Assembly: GCF_001194135.2 (NCBI RefSeq)
Contig: NC_068982.1
Span: 67,390,182 to 67,424,593, forward strand
Direction of reading: 5' to 3'
DNA: 34,412 nt
Source of the DNA: Octopus bimaculoides
Lineage: Eukaryota
Below, piece by piece: positions 12,388 through 24,333 of this stretch. Each line of letters opens with the position of its first letter. Position 1 is the stretch's first letter. The translations under genes were made by a program, and so were the position numbers. A model generated the notes under the pieces. It was not told where the DNA came from. It worked only from the letters and a program-made list of their open reading frames with translations, and ran no database searches.

Positions 12388-12559
12388 TATGTATGTAGGT
12401 AGGTATGACTGTATGTATGCATGCATGTGTATGTGTATATATCATGGCCAAATGAAAACTAAGCATTAAATCTTGATATTTATGTGGTTGTGTGTGTGCA
12501 TGTATGTGTTTGTTTGTGTGTGGTGGTAATGGTGATGAAAGTGAAATAATGATAGCACA

Positions 12560-12875
12560 AGGCCAGCAAGGAGGGGGTAAATTAATTACATTGACTCCAG
12601 CACTTGACTGTTACTTATTTTATTAACCCTGGAAGGATGAAAGGCAAAGTCAACTCCAATGGAATTTGAACTCGGAACATAAAGACGGACGAAATGCCAC
12701 TAAACATTTTGGCAAACATGCAAGTGATTCTACCAGCTCAATGCCTTGAATACAGGTAATATTGCTATGATATATTTAGTAATTGCTATTATATCTGCTG
12801 TTATATCCACACCTTGGTTTTACACTAGTTCAGATCTTTGGCCACTGCAGAAGCAGGTCTCTCTTTCTTTCCATC

Positions 12876-12908
<33 letters not shown>

Positions 12909-13280
12909 GTGTATGTGTGCTTACACGCACATGCGCTTAACGCTCTGAGTTCAAATTCTGCTGAGGTTGACTTTGCCTTGGTAGAATTTGAACTCAGAGC
13001 ATGCTAATGATTCTGCCAGCTCGCTGCCTTAAGGAATTTTGTCTGACACACAAACAATTCTGTCAATTCTCAACCCAAGTAATATCATTTCTGGTATAGG
13101 TTCAAGGCACGAAATTTGTTGGGGAAGGATTAAATAATATCTGATTGGTAGTTTATTTTATCAACCCAGGAAGAATGAAAGGTAAAATTCGACCTTGGCA
13201 GGATATGAACTCAGATACTTGGCATCATGACTAAATAACACTAAACATTATGTCTGATGTGCTAATGGTTCTGCCAATCC
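12560..13280 (-). mobile_element. Cluster of family-B SINE copies (12560-12740, 12937-13032 composite, 13090-13280)
   Basis: gaaaggcaaagtcaac...gaatttgaactc...ctgccagctc matches the reverse complement of family B. Confidence 0.75.
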
Positions 13281-14308
13281 TTTGCTCCCACTGCCCTAGA
13301 AATATCAATAATGAATCAGCATAGAATTAAAGGTTAGTGTGACAATCATTGTTGTAACTATTCTGGTATGCATGTTTGCCTGAATCAAATAAGCAAGATG
13401 ATATTTTATATGAATCTATGTGTGTTGTAGGTGATTGGAAATGTAGCTAGAGGGGCAGTTGTGTAGCATGGACTAGACTTCAGATGAACTGTGCTCCTCT
13501 TAGACATAGTAAATAATGTAAGACTTGCCACCAAGTGTGAATGCTCACCACATGATAGAGTGTGAGAGAGATTGAGAAAGAAAAACAGAGAGAGAAACAA
13601 AGGGGAAATGCTATGATAGAGAGAAATGGTAGTCTGTAGATCAATAAATGATTGACTACTTTTAGACTGACCCCTGGGTATACTTAGACTGCATAGCTAT
13701 GTTGATTAATCACATCTCAGTGGATTTGAAATCTAAACTTATTTCATTGATAGTAATCTAGCATATGTTACTGATAGTTCAATATTTAAGGTGGGGTACC
13801 TTTTTTGGATTTTGTTTGGGTTTTCTTTATAATGCTTTTATTACTGATGTTTTTCAGTGAATCAGTTTGTTAGTTAGTACATCTTATGTTTGTGCATCAG
13901 ACAAGCAATTCTTTAATATTATTGATTAGTTGTATGTTCTCTATTTTCCCAGTGTCTGTTAACAACCTTCATGTTGTACTGAAAGGGTCAATGACACAAC
14001 CAGGGCTTCTGGAAAAAATATGGCAAGGCAAAACAAAACTATAGGAATACCTCACTTTACAGAAGTAATATGTTCCTGAACATCTGGTTGTAATGCGAAA
14101 TCCTACAATGTGAATTCATTTTCCAATTGATTTTCATGCTACCAAGAGAGATTGCATTACCATGGACTTTTTCAAAAACAAAAAGAAAAAAGAAAACCAA
14201 TAGCAACATGAACACCTTTATACATAAATATAACAATTTCCAAACATAAATAATACAATATAGATACATAAAAACACAAAAAATTTCAAGAGGAATAAGT
14301 TAGGGAAT

Positions 14309-14596
14309 TTTGAACTAGTTGATCACCCACATTATTCTCCTGATTTTCCCTCCTCTGACTATTATCTCTTCCTCAACATGAAAAAATATTTGGCTGGGAA
14401 CCATATCGCTGTGATGATGACATCATATCTGCTATTGATGACTTTTATAACTAACAAGATTAAAGCTTCTTCACCAATGGGATCCAAACACTGCAACACT
14501 GATGGAAGAAGTATGTGGACCACAAGGAGGACTACATTGGTCACATTTGATGAGAGTATTTTGGTCAACCTTTGAACTTTTCAGCCAACCCTCATA
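14309..14596 (+). mobile_element. Mariner transposase 3' fragment with right TIR
   Basis: FELVDHPHYSPDFPSSDYYLFLNMKKYLAGNH..DDDIISAIDDF...GIQTLQH*WKKYVDHKEDY contains the mariner YSPDLAPxD motif with stops and frameshifts. It ends ...tgaacttttcagccaaccctca followed by TA. Confidence 0.85.
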
Positions 14597-15319
14597 CAAG
14601 TAATGTTGTTCTTCTCTAGTCTTCTTTGAAAAACATGTCTAGCAATGGAGGAATATTTCCATGCTTGGAAATGCAAAGGTTGATGACAGGAAGGTCATCC
14701 AGCCATAAGAAATCTACCTCAACAAATTCCAGCTGACACATGCAAGGATGGAAAAGTGGATCTTAAAATGATAATGATGATAATGATAGCGAAAGTGATG
14801 ATGATGATAATGAATTTCATTTAGTATTAAATTTCCTTTCTGAAAATTACTTTAATGATTATTTGTTTATTTTATTACTGTTTTCATAATTTACTTTTAA
14901 GATATTCTTATCTCTTTCTATTATTTTAATCAAGAATAATATTGATTTTATTTTCAGGCTCATTTCATTTTCACACAAATGAAGTGTTTTGCATATGTTA
15001 CTGTTTTACAGGAACAAAATAAGATTTCTAAAATTTAAGCACAGCTTTTTAGAATGGCAGGTAATTTTTGGAATTATTTTTCTCTTAAAATTTTATTTAT
15101 TTTCAATTTCTTATCTACCTCTTCATTATCTTTAATAGTAGTTTATTTATGTTTCATATGTTAGTTACTTTGGAATGAAAACAATTTAAATTATCATTCA
15201 TCCATTATCATTGTTTTAAAAAAATCTTTAAAAGCAATTTCAGTATATTAACTCAACTACACAATGTATAAAATCTTGACAGAATAGATACACAAAACAA
15301 CAGAGTTCCTGTTTGCTCA

Positions 15320-15525
15320 TTAACCTTTTTGTAACCATGTTTATGTGGAAATATATTGCTTTTGTTTCACTTAATTTTGAAATTGATGAATAAGTTATAA
15401 AAATAGCTGTCATTATTAAGCTGGTATTTGGAATATAAATTAACATGAAATTTTGATAGCAGGCTTTAATTTAGATAGTTTAAAACATAGAATTTGTATC
15501 ATAGAACAAAGAGTTTTAGGCAGAT
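15320..15525 (+). mobile_element. TTAA-associated (piggyBac-type) non-autonomous repeat; other copies at ~19190-19355, 19899-20402 (inverted), 29720-29915 (inverted)
   Basis: Shared sequence ttaa(c/t)c(c/t)ttttg.(t/a)accat...gtcattattaagctggt.tttggaa.ataaattaacatgaaatttt. Confidence 0.65.
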
Positions 15526-16078
15526 TCATATAAAACAGTTGAAAAAAAAATGATTTTGATATTTTTTTTTTCATCTTAGCAGTGGTTCTGAAATTTTGTA
15601 CATCATCCTCATCATCATTTAATGTTCTGTTCCCCCATGTTTGCACACATCAGACAGAATTTGTTGAGGCAATTTTTCTACAGGTGGATATCCTTCCTGT
15701 TGCCAACCCTCACTTGTTTCCAAGCAAGCTATTATATCCCCATGGCCAGACATGTTTCTGACAGCAAAACTAGAAACAAACATCGCTTGTATGACAGTGA
15801 TACTCATTTACAAACATGAGGTGAAGTCAAAGGGATATACACATGCACATCGTGTGTGTGTGTATGTATCTGACTTCAGATATTAGATCTCTGTAAAAGA
15901 ATGCAATAAAGCATTTCCCTGATGATCCATTGCAGTTAGGCATCAAAATGCACTTGAAATATCCAATGCAGGGTTCCAAATAATTTCCAAGGCTGAAATA
16001 TACATAGGAACTATTAATTTATACTTATGTGTATCTTAATTGTTCCTCTGTGTATATACATACATACATATATATTTA

Positions 16079-17160
16079 TATACATGGGTTGTGACCACAG
16101 AGGACATGCGAAGGCTTGAAAGAAATGAAGCTAGTATGCTTCGCTAAAAACTGGACATAAGAGACATCAGATATGGCGTGCAAGAGAGACAACTGCGCTG
16201 GTATGGTCATGTGATGTGTATGTACGAGGACAGTTGTGTGAAGTGTGGAAAAATAGGCCCAGGAAGACATGGGAAGAGGTGGTGAAGCATGATCTTTGAA
16301 TGTTGGACCTCACAGATGCGAGAAAAGTGACCAAAACCTTTGGCAATATGCTGTGCTCAAGAAGACTCATCAAGACGGTCAATGCCGGTGTCATGTAACT
16401 GACACCCATGCCAGTGGAACATAAAAACATCTGTAAACATCTGTACCAGTGCCAGGTGAAGAGCACTCATTACACTCAGCAACGGATTAACCCTGAAGCA
16501 AAATAAGCATGTGTTTAGGGCATTGAGGGGAGGGTGGGCACCAGAGAAATTGTAAATAGTTTATGGCACATTAGAAATCGCTTTAAACTTGCTAAAATAA
16601 ACATTATTGAGTGTACCTTTCCAAATGTAGACATTACCTTTCGTATATTTTTAACATTAATGGTCACAAATTGCTCAGCTAAGCATTCATTTTCTCAGTT
16701 GAAGGATATTAAAAATCTCGTCAAAACAACTATGCAACAAAGCAGGCTGGGTGCTTTATTTTTACTAAGAAGGGAAGATGTGTTACATAAGTTTAATTTT
16801 GAAGATCTGTTCAAAGACTTTGCAATTAAAGGAAGTTGGAGAAAACTTTTCAAATATAAATGAAGTGGAATTATGCAAAAATAAACATTCTTTCCCATCT
16901 TACTGTTAGTTTTGTTTCATTTTGAAAAATTACATATATGTGGGGACACTAAAACCTTTTAAGTGCTTAGGGTCTCTATGGGTCTTAATCTGGCTTTGAT
17001 TACATGCTTGGACTGATTGGCATTAGGAAGGACAACCAGCAGTAGAAACTATGCCAAATCAGACTGGAACCTAGTGCAGCTCTCTGACTTACCAGTTCCA
17101 GTCAAAGCGTCTAACCCATGCCAGCATGGAGAGCAAACGTTAAATGATGATCATCATCAT
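16079..17160 (+). mobile_element. 3' end of an RTE LINE (ORF end plus tail), interrupted by a hAT element
   Basis: RRLERNEASMLR...LDIRDIRYGVQERQLRWYGHVM...RPRKTWEEVVKHDL, then the family-C tail ending ttaaatgatgatcatcatcat. Confidence 0.85.
16477..16998 (+). mobile_element. Internally deleted hAT transposon carrying the transposase C-terminal dimerisation domain
   Basis: ORF FPNVDITFRIFLTLMVTNCSAKHSFSQLKDIKN...TTMQQSRL matches the hAT dimerisation pattern (ERSFSxLKxIK). Degenerate TIRs cagcaacggattaa / ttaatctggctttg; flanking 8-mers attacact / attacatg. Confidence 0.85.
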
Positions 17161-17365
17161 GGGATGTGTGTGTGTGTATTTGAGAGAAGTTTCCAAATAA
17201 AATTTTTCCAGTGTCAAAGGATTATTAGTTGTTAGAACTCTTCCGATGAGAGTTTTTGTTTTAAGTTTTCACTTAGGCATTGCAAAACTAATAACCTGGT
17301 GTAGAGCTCAATATATGAATGTGTTTCAGAATGAAGTGTTAGCTGAGTATAGAGCAATAATATGG

Positions 17366-17742
17366 GAGATGAAAAGGGAATAAATGATTATCTTATAAAT
17401 TTCATTAGCTTGTAGCTCTTTCTGCTATAAGATGCAGTGGACTCGTTGAATGCCTGAATAATGCTTTATAGGTTAATCTGAGCCTTGAATATGAAGTGCA
17501 ATTTATTTGGATCTAATTACTTTTTTGGACATACATCTGTATTGACTTTCTCATTGCTGATGCCATCCTCTACATGGACATAAATGTAATTCTTTCCTAA
17601 ATAAATTGCACTTCATATACGAGGCTCAAATGAACTTATAAAGGTATTATTCAGGCATTCAACAAGTCCACTGCATCTTATAGCAGAAATAGCAGTAAAC
17701 TAATGAAGTTGATAAGATAATCATTTATTCCTTTGTCATCTC
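17366..17742. mobile_element. Foldback/MITE-like element with ~155-bp inverted arms and a 65-bp spacer
   Basis: 17366-17520 is the reverse complement of 17586-17742, e.g. ctgctataagatgcagtggac vs gtccactgcatcttatagcag. Confidence 0.85.
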
Positions 17743-17776
17743 TCTCTCTCATATATATATATATATATGTATATAA

Positions 17777-17820
<44 letters not shown>

Positions 17821-18799
17821 NNNNNNNNNNNNNNNNNNNNNNNNNNNNNNNNNNNNNNNNNNNNNNNNNNNNNNNNNNNNNNNNNNNNNNNNNNNNNNNN
17901 NNNNNNNNNCTCATTGCTGATGCCATCCTCTACATGGACATAAATGTAATTCTTTCCTAAATAAATTGCACTTCATATACGAGGCTCAAATGAACTTATA
18001 AAGGTATTATTCAGGCATTCAACAAGTCCACTGCATCTTATAGCAGAAATAGCAGTAAACTAATGAAGTTGATAAGATAATCATTTATTCCTTTGTCATC
18101 TCTCTCTCTCATATATATATATATATATGTAACAGGGTCCATTTATCCTTTTAGTTTCCATCAACCAAACTCACTCACTAGGCTGTGGTTGGCTAGAAAA
18201 GAAGATACTTGCCCCATCCAACCCATGCCAGCATAGAAAATGAATGTTAAATGTTGCTGCTGATTTTTCTTGGTCACACTAAAATATCAATTTTTCAGGA
18301 TATATGCATTTTTCAAATAAGAGTTACTGATGAAGGTCATCTTCGTGTAATAGATCCCTAAAAATAGTGTATAAAGGGTAAAACTTACAACGAAAGTTCA
18401 ATATTATTTTAATAACTAATTATTTTATTATGTGTAAGATACATATTGTTATTCAATTTCATCCTGGAATTAGAACTCTTCTGTTTATCATCCAAAAATT
18501 TTCTTTGTTCATTTTATACTTGCTTGTCCATGCTAGCATGGGTTACATGAATACTTATCACTGAAGCATTATTTTACTGTCAGATGCTTTTCTTGTTAGT
18601 AACCTTTACCTGTTTCCCAAGTAGGAAACTTTTTCTTTTATTTTGCTGGTTTTCTAAAGTGCAAAGTTACATGACAATTTTTTAACAGGGAACATCAATA
18701 TAACCCACATTTGCTCAAATGCTTTACTGCAAAAACATCATGGAATGCAAATCTTCTCACACAGACACACACAGCTCTCTCTCTCTCATGTATGTGTGT

Positions 18800-19095
18800 G
18801 AAGGTGCATGGCTTAGTGGTTATGATGTTGCACTCACAAATGCAAAATCACGGTTTTGATTCTCAGACCAGGTGTTGCATTGTGTTCTTCAGCAAAGCAC
18901 TTCATTTCACATTGATCTGTGATCATTTTGTCATCTGACATGTGGCACACAGTGCACCTGTACAGGTAATGTCAATGTAATGGAGGGAATGAGCTTATGT
19001 GAACACAATCATTCGATCACTATAAACAAATCATGTGTGGTTGTTCAGCAAGAAATTGCTGAACCCTCTTACATTGTCTAATGACAGGAGAGTCC
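18800..19095 (+). mobile_element. Diverged tRNA-derived SINE (another family)
   Basis: Head ggcttagtggttatgatgttgcactc...ggttttgattc with A/B-box-like remnants. Confidence 0.55.
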
Positions 19096-20022
19096 ATGAT
19101 ATATATATATGAACTAAGAAAAAAACTGGGTATAAAAGGAATCAGATGTAGTGTGCAAGAGAAGAGGTTGCATGTTAGTGTGTTTACTTTAATCCTTTTG
19201 TTACCATATTTCTGTTTTAATACATTGTTTTTGCTTCAATTATGAAAATAATGAAGAATCTAGTAAAATAATTTTGTTCTTATTAAATTGGAATTTAGAA
19301 CATGAATTAAACATGAAATTTTGGTGAAAAGTTTTAATTTAGATCACTTTAAACAGGTGCGTTATATCACAGAAGTCAGGGTGGTCTTGGCCAGGTTGCT
19401 TTTAATCAGGTGTGAGGAAAGTATCCTCAAACAAGAGTCCTGATGCGAGTACTTGCAAGAGAAATAGACTCTACTAAAGGTACTAAGAACAAGTGTTGGA
19501 GTTAAATTAGGTGATAGATTAAGTCTACTACCCAAGTAGGCCATGGCAGGATTTGAATTCAGAACACAAAGAACCAGAAGAAATACCTTCTCACAGTTCC
19601 ACCACTCCACTACCCTGGATTGGAATGTATTTTCTTGACTCTGAAAGGATGAAAGACAAAGTCAATCTTGGCAGGATTTGAACTTGGGAAGCTGAGTATC
19701 AGAACAAATATCACAAAGCATTTTATTCAAATGTGTTATAATTGTGCCATTTCACCATCTGTATGTGTATTATGGAATGTAGAGCAATACACAAGATTAA
19801 CATGCAAGGTTAATAACCACATGACCAGTAGTTTAATTCTTACTACTAATCATTGCATTAGGCTTAAACATGACTTTATTTCACTTAGTTCCACTAAATA
19901 ACCTTTTGATATTCATCCACCTGAGAAAACCCCTGGCACTATGATACAAACTTCTGTCTAAAAGTAATCTAAATTAAAACTTTCCATCACAATTTTTTGT
20001 TATGTCCCAAATGCCAGCTTAA

Positions 20023-20300
20023 CCCATCACCTACCAGTGATCTCATATGAGATCACTTAAAAATTACAAATTTCGTAATTATCTGTCAATATTTACACAC
20101 ATCTACCCTTTTTGCTATATCTGCTAGGTATATTTCTCTGATATTCAAATGAGGTTTGCTAATTTTTCACCCAATATCTCGCTTATTTCTATTTAAAATG
20201 TTATTTTGATCATTCCAGCGTGTTTCTAAGGCTGTTTTATGCTAGAAATCAAAGTTTCATAAAAAAAATTCCAGTTAATAGAATTATGGGAGGTAATGGG
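20023..20300. mobile_element. piggyBac-type MITE (278 bp) with TTAA target duplication
   Basis: TTAA(20019-20022)-CCCATCACCTACCA ... TGGGAGGTAATGGG-TTAA(20301-20304); TIRs match at 12/14 positions. Confidence 0.85.
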
Positions 20301-20541
20301 TTAATAATGACAAAGTTATTTTACTAAATTCTTCATTATTTTCAAAATTAAATGAAACAAAGATAGAGTACCTCAACAGAAATATGGGAACAAAAGGGCT
20401 AAGTGATTGCTAGGTCAAGCAATTAGCATCAGAAACAGCATTAAAGTACAACATATTTGCTTCAACAATATATAACTTAAAATTAGTAATCATTTCATTT
20501 AAGCTAACATGAAAGAAGAATGGATGTACAAGAATGTACCC

Positions 20542-20825
20542 CAGTGGTTTCCAAAGTGGGTGGTGCTGCCCCACTGGGGGCAGTGGAAAGATCAAGGGGT
20601 GCATTGAAGAGGGGCAATAATGGGGTGGCCAAAAGGAGGTGAGGGATGTAAAAACAACAAAATAATGGGTTGATTAGGTTAAGTTTTTTATTTGTGAAAT
20701 ACAGCTGTTTTGAATTTACTGCAGAAAGTGGCCTATATTTGTTGTGGTGAATGGGGGTAGGGGTGCTAGGTTTGTGGCCTGGGTGCCAAGGGGGTGGCAG
20801 TCAGAAAAAAGTTTGGGAACCACTG
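20542..20825. mobile_element. hAT (Charlie-like) MITE, 284 bp
   Basis: TIRs CAGTGGTTTCCAAAGT / AAGTTTGGGAACCACTG; 8-bp TSD atgtaccc / aggtaccc (7/8). Confidence 0.88.
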
Positions 20826-22470
20826 AGGTACCCTATAACATTATCATCACTTATCAATCATTTTTCCATGCTTGTATGGAGTAGACAGGCTTTCACTGTC
20901 CTGCAGCAAGTTGCTTCCTTGGTCATTTCCTTCATTGATGGTCAGCATCCTAACATCAGCCTTCATCCCTTCAGCCCACATTTTCTTCGTCTATTAGTTC
21001 CCTTTATGTAATTCTCCTTTCATTTCTTTAACTCTCTATCAAACACATTTTTAAAATAGTATGAATATACTCTGCATATTAAAATATCTCTGTACTGGCA
21101 TAAACTCGAGTCTAATAAAGTAACAATTTCTATATTGTTAATAACATTAACAAAACAAGGCCTAAACAACAGTAACTTCAGCTAAAAATATCCCACACAC
21201 TTCATTACAATTTACATGTTAAAATCAACAGAACTTCTACATCAGGAATGGTTCTAGAAAGACGAAAACTGAAAATGACCTTCTCCTCATCTCACTATTG
21301 GAAAGACGTTTAAAAAAATTTTTTTTTTTGCAGGAAAAACAAAAAAATACTACACCAAGATCCTAAAATAATTTTGTTTCCAAATTTTTCTGAAAATTAA
21401 AAATGAGCTATTTTTGGAGCAAAGTCAATATTGTAAACAAAATGCCAATGAATCAATGACAGAGTCTCTTCTTTGTCACTTGGCCTGCTAGAAATAACAG
21501 CCAAAGCTTCCTCAAATCAAACTCTACTGTGTTAAGCAAATACACATTCAATAATGTTGTTGTCAGTAATTCTAAAATGATGGCCATGGCTGGAATGTCT
21601 CACTAAAGATTTGCTCAATCAACAACATAATGAGTTAATGAGAAAATCTTCCACACAATTGCTCAAACTACTACAAAAAGCAGCCAAGTTATCATCATTG
21701 TTTTAACACCCACTTTCCATGCTCACATGGGTCAGATGGAATTTGTGGAGGCCCTTTTTTTATGGCTGAATGCTCTTCCTGTTGCCAACCTCCACCTATT
21801 TCCAAGTAAGGTAATATTTTCCCATGACCAGACATGTTTCCAAAGAGGATTGGAAACAAGACTCAGCTTGCATTTAAACTATCAGGCAAAGTTAAGATGG
21901 CAATGCATAGACATACACACGAATAATTCTCTACTGACTTTAAAAATGAGAGGCAAATTAAAATAATCTACCCCTAGATATATGTCAGGAAGGTCACAAC
22001 TGGGAAATATTTGAATTACCAGTCTGCTCCAGTGCCAACCCGAAGCTAAACAATAACAATAACCTAACAAGTTAAAAGGTTTTTAATACAGGACTGTGAA
22101 AGGATATTTTTTCAGTAACAAACACGATTCATTCTCAGCACCATTAATTTTCCCCTCATTCAAGCCACACAAAATTATTCCCCTTTACACTCAAATCAAA
22201 CTGAACAAACTATCTCGATAATACTGTGATAGTTGTTTCGAACATAGGGTAAATCTTAATTTAATTGGCATCTAAGAGCACACACACTATTTAGATGTAA
22301 TTACAAGTTACAGATAAACATGGTATAATCCATTAGAATCATTTTTGTCTTCACAATAGTCTCTTTATATTATTATGACAAGAAAAAAAAAGTTTAAATC
22401 TATAGCATTTGACCAACAAGTATGAAAGACAAAATATCACAGAATTTTCCAAAAAGACAGTCTGTTGTTT

Positions 22471-22476
22471 TTTATT
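22471..22476 (-). promoter_or_regulatory. Candidate polyadenylation signal AATAAA for TIMM44
   Basis: tttatt on the + strand about 185 nt past the stop. The background is AT-rich, so a chance occurrence is likely enough; needs 3'-end data. Confidence 0.35.
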
Positions 22477-22659
22477 GTTATTTATACTCCATACTTATCT
22501 TTGGTTTGTTTGTTTTTTACTTTATTCTTATCTTTCGGCAGTAACGCTTGTGACTATCGACAGAATTCTAACTAACTTGGCATTAGATAGACTCTGAAGT
22601 AGGATTACCAAGAGGCAGTAATTAATTAATTTACAGAGCAGAAACACTAACGTCCTATG

Positions 22660-22779
22660 TTATAACCACTGCTCAGAAGAACTAGCAGAAATGTCCATTA
22701 ATTTCCAAGCAGCTCGTGGATCAAGTTCTTCCTGGTCACGACACAATGCCCATACATAAAATATCCGCAGAATTTGGTC
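22660..22779 (-). CDS. TIMM44: TIMM44 terminal coding exon DQILRIFYVWALCRDQEELDPRAAWKLMDISASSSEQWL*
   Basis: Acceptor TTTTTCAG; stop TAA at 22662-22660; YVWALCRDQ motif. Confidence 0.97.
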   Translation of the reverse strand, partial: DQILRIFYVWALCRDQEELDPRAAWKLMDISASSSEQWL

Positions 22780-24296
22780 CTGAAAAAGCAATAAAAAAGT
22801 AAGTATTAAAGGGTTTTTTCTTAAATATTTTTTAATAACAATAATAGAGAATAAAACTATTTAAAAAAATTTTATTAGTGGCCAGCATATAAAATGAAAC
22901 CAATTAAAGTGAAAATTATATGCATAATTGTAATAAAGGCTTAGAAAAATTTTCTGGCCTATATACTGAGAAATAGATGCTAAATTGTCTCACCACTCAA
23001 AGAAGTCACAAACACACGTTGGATTTGATAGAACAAGCTAACAGAAATTTTTAATAACATAGATAGTTCTGTATTAGCCTAATTTCTAGGTTTGCCTAAA
23101 GGCTCTCCCGCCTTCAGCAGAACATACTAATAGAAATAAATGAAATATTTATATATACTCACAGGAAAGCAAAACGCAAAGCCACAAATACACATAAATA
23201 CTCCATATATCTCCGAAACAAATTATCATGGTAAAAACTAATATAAAATATTTGTTAATTGTGTGTCGAACAAAATGCTTATCAACATTTCTTCCAGCTC
23301 ATTACATGCTGAGCTTAAAACGCACCAAGGTCAACTTTGCTTTTCAGAGAAACTGCCAAATAAATTGCAAGTCATGAGGTGCATTCCAAAAGTTTTGAGA
23401 TTTTTATAAGAGAGACAGTTTGTAACTGTCCTTGATTATTGTAATTTTAGTATATCATTACTGTACATCTAATAAGCTGACCTGTCAACTTTTAGGAGTT
23501 GAACTCGTCCTACTTAATACTGCTTATCACAGTTGACTAGTTTACAGAATGCAGTCAGGACATTTGGAAGTTCTAAACTGGACAAAAGCATCTGTTTTCC
23601 ACTGGCACAAGAGGTTCAAGGATGGTAGAGAGGAGGTGAGAGACAATGAGAGGTGTGGGAGGGAGAGGGACGTTAGATCATAAGAGCCGGTTGACAAAAT
23701 TTGCAATCTTCTGGATGAAGACCACCTTGTGTCTATAATGGCAATAAGCATACAATTTAGAGTTGGTGTGGCAACTGTATGCAGAATTATTCATGGAGAT
23801 CAGAACATGTGCAAAATTTGTTCTCAAGGTGCTCGGTTACAAGCATCCTGAAAACCAACTACTTAACAGAGATGGGCATCTTACTGTCCCTCACTCTCCC
23901 AACAGTCCAGACCTAATCCTGGTAACTTTAGGTTGGTCTACAAGTTAAATGGGAACCTCAGGAGCAGTCATTTAGAAGATGAAGGAGGCTGTGACAAGGG
24001 TCCTGGAGACCTTCAAATTGGCAGATTTTGCATGGGGCCTTCATGATGTGGTTGGAGTGCTATAACTAGTGCACTGCAGTCAGGGCATCCTATTTTGAAG
24101 GAGATTAGAGTTTTGTTCTTTGAAATTAATAAATGCGTGGGAGTGGCTGTGTGGTAAGTAGCTTGCTTACCAACCACATGGTTCCGGGTTCATTCCCACT
24201 GCGTGGCACCTTGGGCAAGTGTCTTCTACTATAGCCTCGGGCCTACCAAAGCCTTGTGAATGGATTTGGTAGACGGAAACTGAAAGAAGCCCGTTG

Positions 24297-24333
<37 letters not shown>

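Noticed and set aside
13478-13563. Peptide TVLLLDIVNNVRLATKCECSPHDRV, vaguely like a cystine-knot/TGF-beta C-terminus
   Set aside because: It is directly preceded by an in-frame TGA, has no suitable acceptor, and the remaining cysteine framework is absent.
14045-14170. Possible pogo/Tigger-like TIR fragment
   Set aside because: No matching second TIR or TSD could be identified.
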